Below are positions 57,241 through 64,000 of a DNA stretch of 64,000 bases, piece after piece. The translations under genes were made by a program, and so were the position numbers. The stretch's first letter is position 1. Each line of letters begins with the position of its first letter. A model generated the notes under the pieces. The model made no database searches, had not been told where the DNA came from, and saw only the letters and a program-made list of their open reading frames with translations. Origin of the DNA: the human T2T-CHM13v2.0 reference genome, Homo sapiens; assembly GCF_009914755.1 (NCBI RefSeq), contig NC_060926.1; one strand, 5' to 3'.

Positions 57241-58127
57241 ATATAAAACTATCTGAAAGGAGACACAAACAGGGGTGTTTTTGACCTGAATACATTTAGT
57301 AGGATTATTTGATGACATGGAAGTCTGTTCTCCTGAACATCTTTCTGAATTTTGGCAATCCCAGCATCTCACACTGGTATTCTTCTTTTTACCAGATGAA
57401 AATGATACACATATCTCGTCGTATTTCCTATCTTGCCTTGGCTGCCAGAAAGCTCAAAGCTAAATTTAGTACTCTATCACAACAAATATATTACCATAGA
57501 TTTTTCTTCTATTTATATCTCCATTTACTATATGTATATATTTTTCTATTTATATCTCCATTTATTATATCTTGATGTGTCTCTGGGTATAGCTGTCTAC
57601 ATATGGATTTATTACGTAAGTGTCTTTAATATTAAACCTCCTAAAATTATTTTTGGAATTTCATGGGGTAGCTGCCTCATAAATAGAAAGTTCCTCAAGA
57701 GACACTTGTCTCATTCAGCTACTTATCTACCCAATAAAGAGCTAGACCAATACGTACCACATGTAAAAGCTAGACCAATATGTTTTCTCTTGTTACTGTT
57801 ACCTACCTTTCCTAGTCCCAGCTATAAATGGCCTTGCCACAGAAGATAATTTGGTTTGAGGAGGAACTCTTAGTTAAAATAGAAATGTCTCTCTTTGGAC
57901 TGTGTCCCAAGTCTTTGTGTTTAATTTCTTCTGCAGGCTTCAAGTCTCATGCTGACAGAAGCCAAAGGGAATGCTGGTCCAAAGAGGCACACCCTTCCCA
58001 AGCTGACTTTTGTAGAGAGAAGGAAAGAAAAACCTGACCTTGAGGAGGTAGGTGCTCCCCCAAGCCATGCCAGAGAAAGGAAAGTAGGTCGGAGGGCAGC
58101 AGTTTCCTCAAAGATGACCTTTCTCTC

Positions 58128-58413
58128 TTTTTATTGAGACAGAGTCTTGCTCTGTCACCCAGGCTGAAGTGCAGCAGCGCAATCTCGGCTCTTTGCAACC
58201 TCGACCTCCCAGGTTCAAGCAATCCTCCCACATCAGCCTCCCGAGTAGCTGGACTACAGGTGCATGCCACCATGACCCGCTAATTTTTGTATTTTTGTAG
58301 ACATAGGGTTTTGCCATGTTGCCCAGGCTAGTCTTGAACTCCTGAGCTCAAGCGATCTGCCTGCTTCAGCCCCCCAAAGTGCTGGGGTTACAGGCGTGAG
58401 CCACTGTACCTGG
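58128..58413 (-). mobile_element. AluJ
   Basis: Full reverse Alu, short tail. Confidence 0.94.
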
Positions 58414-58637
58414 CATGGAATCAAATTTTAAAGCTAGAAACGGTCTTCAGAGATTGTCCAGTCCCACTCACTTTACAGCTGTGGAAGCTGAAGTCCAGAG
58501 GTCACAGAGCAGGTTAATGGCAGAATGGGCCCCCACCCAGGTCTTCCCATGGCTGGAGAAACATCCTTCCCTTTCCACTTCATCTTCACGTGTTCCAGGA
58601 CTAGAGGTGTCCTGAGTTCAGGGACCACCAAGTCTGA

Positions 58638-58995
<358 letters not shown>

Positions 58996-59294
58996 TTATA
59001 AATGCATTTTGAATGAATGAGCCATCTGAATTCTCACCTTCTTCCTGGAAGTTTGAAGACCAATGTTTTTGAAATTCTTTGAAAGAGACTTATAAGATTC
59101 TTAATGTGCACACTCTATCATCTCTGGCATGGACAAGAAAATGCACTGACAGTTCTGGTGAGCAAGTCTTCCCTGAACTTCTCAGGGGCTGAGACCGACA
59201 TTATACCTTACTTACAATATGCAGACTCGGGTGGTCTGCATCCTGTGGCTCACATGGGATAGGGGCTGCCTGAAAGGTGTATGCGGCTACTGCA

Positions 59295-59545
59295 TTAGCA
59301 TAGCAGAGTGGTAGGAAATGCAAACTTTGAAGCCAAGCTTCTGAGGTATAAGGGCCACCTCTGTCACTAGCTGTGTAATCATGGACAAGTTACTTACCCT
59401 CTCTGAGCCTCAGTTTCCTCCTCTGTAAAAGGGGGATAATATATACCTACCTTATAGATAGATATATATACATGGGTATGTGCATGTGTGCAAGTTCTTG
59501 GAACAGTAGCTGGCACCTGGATGGTCTGTGCAAGTGAAGGCTATT
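59295..59545 (+). mobile_element. MIR
   Basis: ACAAGTTACTTACCCTCTCTGAGCCTCAGTTTCCTCCTCTGTAAAA. Confidence 0.85.
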
Positions 59546-59875
59546 ATTATTCTTGTTGTTCGTAGTGGAGAAAGGGAAAAATGACCCCACCTACAGATTT
59601 CTTCTGTAAATTCTCTGGTGTCTCTTAGAAGCACGCAGAAAGTTTTGGGATCATAGCTTGTAACTACAAGTGGCAGCTCTCTCATATGGAGCCAGTGTAG
59701 ACTTGGCTCCAGAACCAGCCATCAGACTATCTTCGCTGCTTTGGGGTGTTGCCTCTATCACAGGGGAAATGGCTTCAAAGTTCCTCACAGATCTGTCTGT
59801 CTTTTGTTCTTGGTCCCACTTTTGAGGACTGAGCCAATAGTCAATGCAGAGTCCCCACTGTGAAAGAGAAAGGTC

Positions 59876-60114
59876 GGCCAGGCGCGGTGGCTCACGCCTG
59901 TAATCCCAGCACTTTAGGAGGCTGAGGCAGGCAGATCACCTGAAGTCAGCCTGGCCAACATGGTGAAACCCTGTCTCTACTGAAAATACAAAATTAGCTG
60001 GGTGTGGTGGTGCACACCTGTAATCCCAGCTACTCCAGAGGCTGAGGCATGAGAACTGCTTGAACTTGGGAGGCGAAGGTTGCAGTGAGCCAAGACTGTG
60101 CCACTGCACTCTAG
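59876..60114 (+). mobile_element. AluS, 3'-truncated with small internal deletion
   Basis: Stops at CACTCTAG without the terminal about 30 nt or its own tail. Confidence 0.93.
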
Positions 60115-60450
60115 TTTTTTGGGGTGTTTTTTTTTTTTTTTTTTGGCTTTGAGATAGGATCTCACTCTGTTGCCCAGGCTGGAATGTAGTGGCACCATCA
60201 TAGCTCACTGCAGCCTCAAACTGCAAGCCTTGAACCACTTCAAGTGATCTTCCTGCCTCAGCCTCCTGAGTAGCTGGGACTACATGCACACATCATAGTA
60301 TGCCTGGCTTTTTTTTTTTTTTTTTAATTTTTGTAGAGATATGATCTCACAATGTTGCCCAAGCTGGTCTCAAACTCCTAGGGTCAAGTCATCCTCCCAC
60401 CTCAGCCTCCCAAAGAGCAAGATTACAGGTGTGAGTCACCATGCCCATCC
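60115..60450 (-). mobile_element. AluJ, tail-to-tail with the previous Alu
   Basis: Reverse Alu abutting the truncated AluS. Confidence 0.93.
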
Positions 60451-61229
60451 CACTCTGGCATGTTGAGTATTTTGGGTTAAAGGTATTTGAAAAAAAAAGC
60501 AGGTGCAAAAAGATCACTCTGACCTTCCATCTGTTTCTTAAAAGCAGAAGAGGCTATTTCCATGTGAAAGATGCCCTCCCTATACTAGAAGGAAAGCAAT
60601 GTTCTTATCAAGAATGGATGGTTGAGACTGAGAGAATTCTACACAGAACTTATTAAAATAACTCTTATCTTTATGCCTCCCCCACATAATTTAGTTGCTT
60701 TTTCACAACTTACTATTCTTCGTCCCATTCAGTATATAAGTAATTGACTCCAACTATTTCTTTGAGTCTTCATTTCCTTATGAGGGTTCCATGTCACATA
60801 AAACTTGTGTTAAATAATGAATGCTTTCTTTTCTTTTCTGAGATAGAGTCTTGGTCTGTCGCCCAGGCTGGAGTGCAGTGCTGTGATCTTGACTTACTGC
60901 AGCCTCTGCCTCCCACGTTCCAACAATTCTCCTGCCTCAGCCTCCTGGATAGCTGGGATTACAGGTGCACACCACCACACCTGGCTAATTTTTGTATTTT
61001 TAGTAGAGACGGGGTTTCACCACGTTGGCCAGACTGGTCTTGAACTTCTGACCTCAGGTGATATGCCCGCCTTGGCCTCCTAAAGTGCTGGGATGACAGG
61101 TGTGAACCACTGCACCTGGCCAATGAATGCTTTTCTCCTGTTGATCTGTCTTGCCAATTTCATTCTCAGGCCTATCCAAAACAAAACAAAATTCTAAGAG
61201 CGTAGGGGTAAAATTTTTGTCTCTCCACA
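60451..61229 (+). mobile_element. MER34-family ERV1 LTR split by Alu
   Basis: CACTCTGGCATGTTGAGTATTTTGGGTTAAAGG...GTCACATAAAACTT...CTCTCCACA. Confidence 0.8.
60826..61121 (-). mobile_element. AluS
   Basis: TSD AATGAATGCTTT. Confidence 0.96.
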
Positions 61230-61884
61230 TAGTATCAAAGAAAAGAAAGGGAGCCTGAGGTTTTCTAGAGGCAGGTAGGCAAGGGAGTCACCCCAAGTCT
61301 TTTGGGAGCCATGTGGAAGTATTATCTCAGAGTATTCAATGGTAGGATAGCCCTTTGCAGTTTCCCACTTTCAGAACATAAAAACATGGGGAATGAGGAT
61401 TTCTTAATTGTTGCCATTTTCCAAAAACACAGGGCTTAAATTTCATATTGTCATAAGGACACATACCTCCATGGTCACGAATGTATAACCAGGGATACCT
61501 AAAGCCCCAAAGTAAACATGGAAAATCTCCCCAAAGTATTCAAGTAATTTTACCTGAAATTGTGGGGGCAGAATCATTATTTTACGTAATACAAAAAGAA
61601 CGAAAATATTTATGATTTTGAAGCTAAAATATTCAAAGAGGTTTTTAGAACCCTTGTGCTAAATTTCTAGCCCCTCACCTCAACCATTTGGGGTACCTGT
61701 GTACCCCTAAAAGTTTGAGAAGCACTGGTCACTTATGCTGTTATTGAATTCTCATAACTCTTTGATATACATGTTTTTAATCAAAGCTTCATAGGGACAA
61801 TGTCATCTTTCATGTCATGTTTTGTTTCTTCATGTACCTCCATAACTGCCTTTTTTTCTAACCTCAGAATTTTGTTTGAATGAC

Positions 61885-62135
61885 AAACTTTTTGTTTTGG
61901 AATATTACAGAAACATTGGAGAGCTAATACAGAGAGATCCTCCATACTCTTCACCTGTACTCCCAGGTTCCGCTAATGTTAACATCTTACATACCCACAG
62001 CACATTTGTCAAAACTAATAACATTAACTTTGGCCTTTACTATTAGCTAAACTACAGGCTTAAATTCCACCAGTTTTTCCACAAACATCCTTTTACTGTT
62101 CCAGAATCCATTCCAGGATTCCACATGGCACTTAA
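61885..62135 (-). mobile_element. L1MC-like fragment
   Basis: CTAATGTTAACATCTTACATA...TTCCAGAATCCATTCCAGGAT. Confidence 0.7.
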
Positions 62136-62269
62136 CATAAATGCCTTTTGCTTGACTGGAGGAACCTTTCATGAGTCCCACTAAGTGTCAGGCATTGCCC
62201 TACATCTTGAGGAGCTGATGAAACAATCTCCGATTGTTTCAAAGGGATCACATGGGGAAAGTGGCTCAT

Positions 62270-62800
62270 TGTCTGCTCCGTGCCACACAGGTGTGGGCAA
62301 GGCCTCCGCGCCGGCAGCAGTTGGGTTCCCAGCCCCTGCTCCCTAAGTCAAGGCAGCAATCTGAGCCCAGGACGTGACCCGTGTCGGTCTCCGCGCTGGG
62401 TGCCCTTCCGGAGCCGGCACTGGAAGGTTAGCGCCTCTGAAATCAGATAAAGGACGTCAAGCCACAGCTGTGTTTGTTTTATAAATTAAAGGGCGAATCA
62501 TTAAAATGACTGTTTTCCTGAAAATAAAGAGATTAAACAGTTCTCCCTTCTCCCCTGCTGCCTCCCCGCCTCTTTTTCCAATTTGTCCCACAGGACTCCA
62601 GATTCGTGTTAATGGCGAAGAATTATCTCTGTTTCAATCTTGGGGCCTGGGCTGGCTCCATAACAATTATAATCTCCTATCTGAAGCGGCCTGGAGGCAA
62701 AGGGCCGGTGAGGCTGAATTCTTTGCAGAATTAACCGCCATTCAGATGGATAGGAGAAGAATTGAGCGGGGGCCTTCAAGGTGATTCTCAACTTTCCTTA
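62270..62800. promoter_or_regulatory. Candidate enhancer/promoter (CpG-enriched, repeat-free)
   Basis: About a dozen CpGs in 62280-62460; AGATAA, CAGCTG, TGTTTG and TTTATAAA motifs; several TAAT cores. Confidence 0.45.
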
Positions 62801-63246
62801 GGTACTTTTCCTATGGCCCTTTTCTGCAGAAGGTTCGGTGTCTGTTGGAATTTAAGGTTTTAACACAGAGAGAAAGAAAAGAGGATAAAATGAGCATGTG
62901 AAAAGTGCATGAAAAGCACCTGGCATGCAGTAAGTACTCAATAAACATTAAAGAGGCCGATGAGAAACATTTGTACTTAAATTAGAAGACAGTGGGGAGC
63001 CGGAAGTGTTTCTCAGAAGGATGACAGGGTTGGATGGAGTGGGGGTCTTTCAAGGAGCTTATGAACTAGGAGGGGCTTACATCACGAACACATCACATGA
63101 CATACGGCGGTGAAGAGAGCATGCGTCTAATAATTATGCGGTCACTCTACCTGCATGATGTCATTTCATCCTCACATAAAGCCTATCCGGTAGCCACTAT
63201 TTTATCCCCAATTTACAGATGGATAAACAGATTAAAAAATATGTCC

Positions 63247-63545
<299 letters not shown>

Positions 63546-63835
63546 ATCCAAGTCTGTTCAGCTAGTAGAAACCGGGCAGGGCAGTTCCAGCACCTGCCCT
63601 GCCTCCCAGAGAGACGAGGAGGGGTCGCAGCTCTGTCACAGCAGTGCCCACTTGCTCCTTGACTGGCTAGCACAGAGCCTGAGGTGTGAATACTCAGTGA
63701 AGAGTGTGTTAAATACATGAAGAGCTGTGACTCCCAGTCATCCCTGACTAAGAGCTATTGACCAATCTCATGCTCCTGTTTCCTCTTCTGGCACAAAAGG
63801 GAAAGCCTGTGGCTTATTTTATCAAAACATTATGG

Positions 63836-64000
63836 GGTCGGGTGTGGTGGCTCACGCTTGTAATCCCAGGATTTTGGGAGGCCAAGGCAAGTGGATTGCT
63901 TCAGCCCAGGAGTTGAAGACCAGCCTGGGCAACATGGCAAAACCCCGTCTCTAAAAAAAAAAAAAAAAAAAAATAGCAGCACGTGGTGGTGCACACCTGT
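63836..64000 (+). mobile_element. AluJ, truncated by window edge
   Basis: Left arm with expanded middle A tract. Confidence 0.92.

Noticed and set aside
57309-57849. Hydrophobic Y/I/F-rich ORFs resembling membrane proteins
   Set aside because: Result of AT-rich low-complexity sequence with TTG starts

Overview
Primate (human-like) genomic DNA, apparently intergenic or intronic. About 32 Alu/FAM/FLAM elements are present, with many MIR, L2, L1M and L3/CR1 remnants, solo LTRs (MLT1, MST, THE1, MER4, MER34, MER39, LTR16, MER50-like) and fossil DNA transposons (Tigger2a x2, MER8, MER3, MER5, MER94, a MARNA-like mariner). No protein-coding gene is supported: the ORF track is mostly Alu/repeat-derived or random. 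There is no CRISPR array, tRNA or functional rRNA. Two small-RNA retrocopies are clear: a U6 pseudogene (40311-40423) and a tailless, 3'-truncated 5S rRNA retropseudogene with a 14-bp target-site duplication (TSD) (42063-42102). I could not name the locus and found no evidence of a new multi-gene system. The most interesting signals are repair or rearrangement scars (inverted Alu chimera with a fold-back linker, hairpin in L1, short duplications), nested insertions, and repeat-free blocks that look like enhancers or lncRNA exons. Repeat subfamily names come from recalled consensus sequences and boundaries of old elements are approximate; RepeatMasker/Dfam is needed to confirm them.
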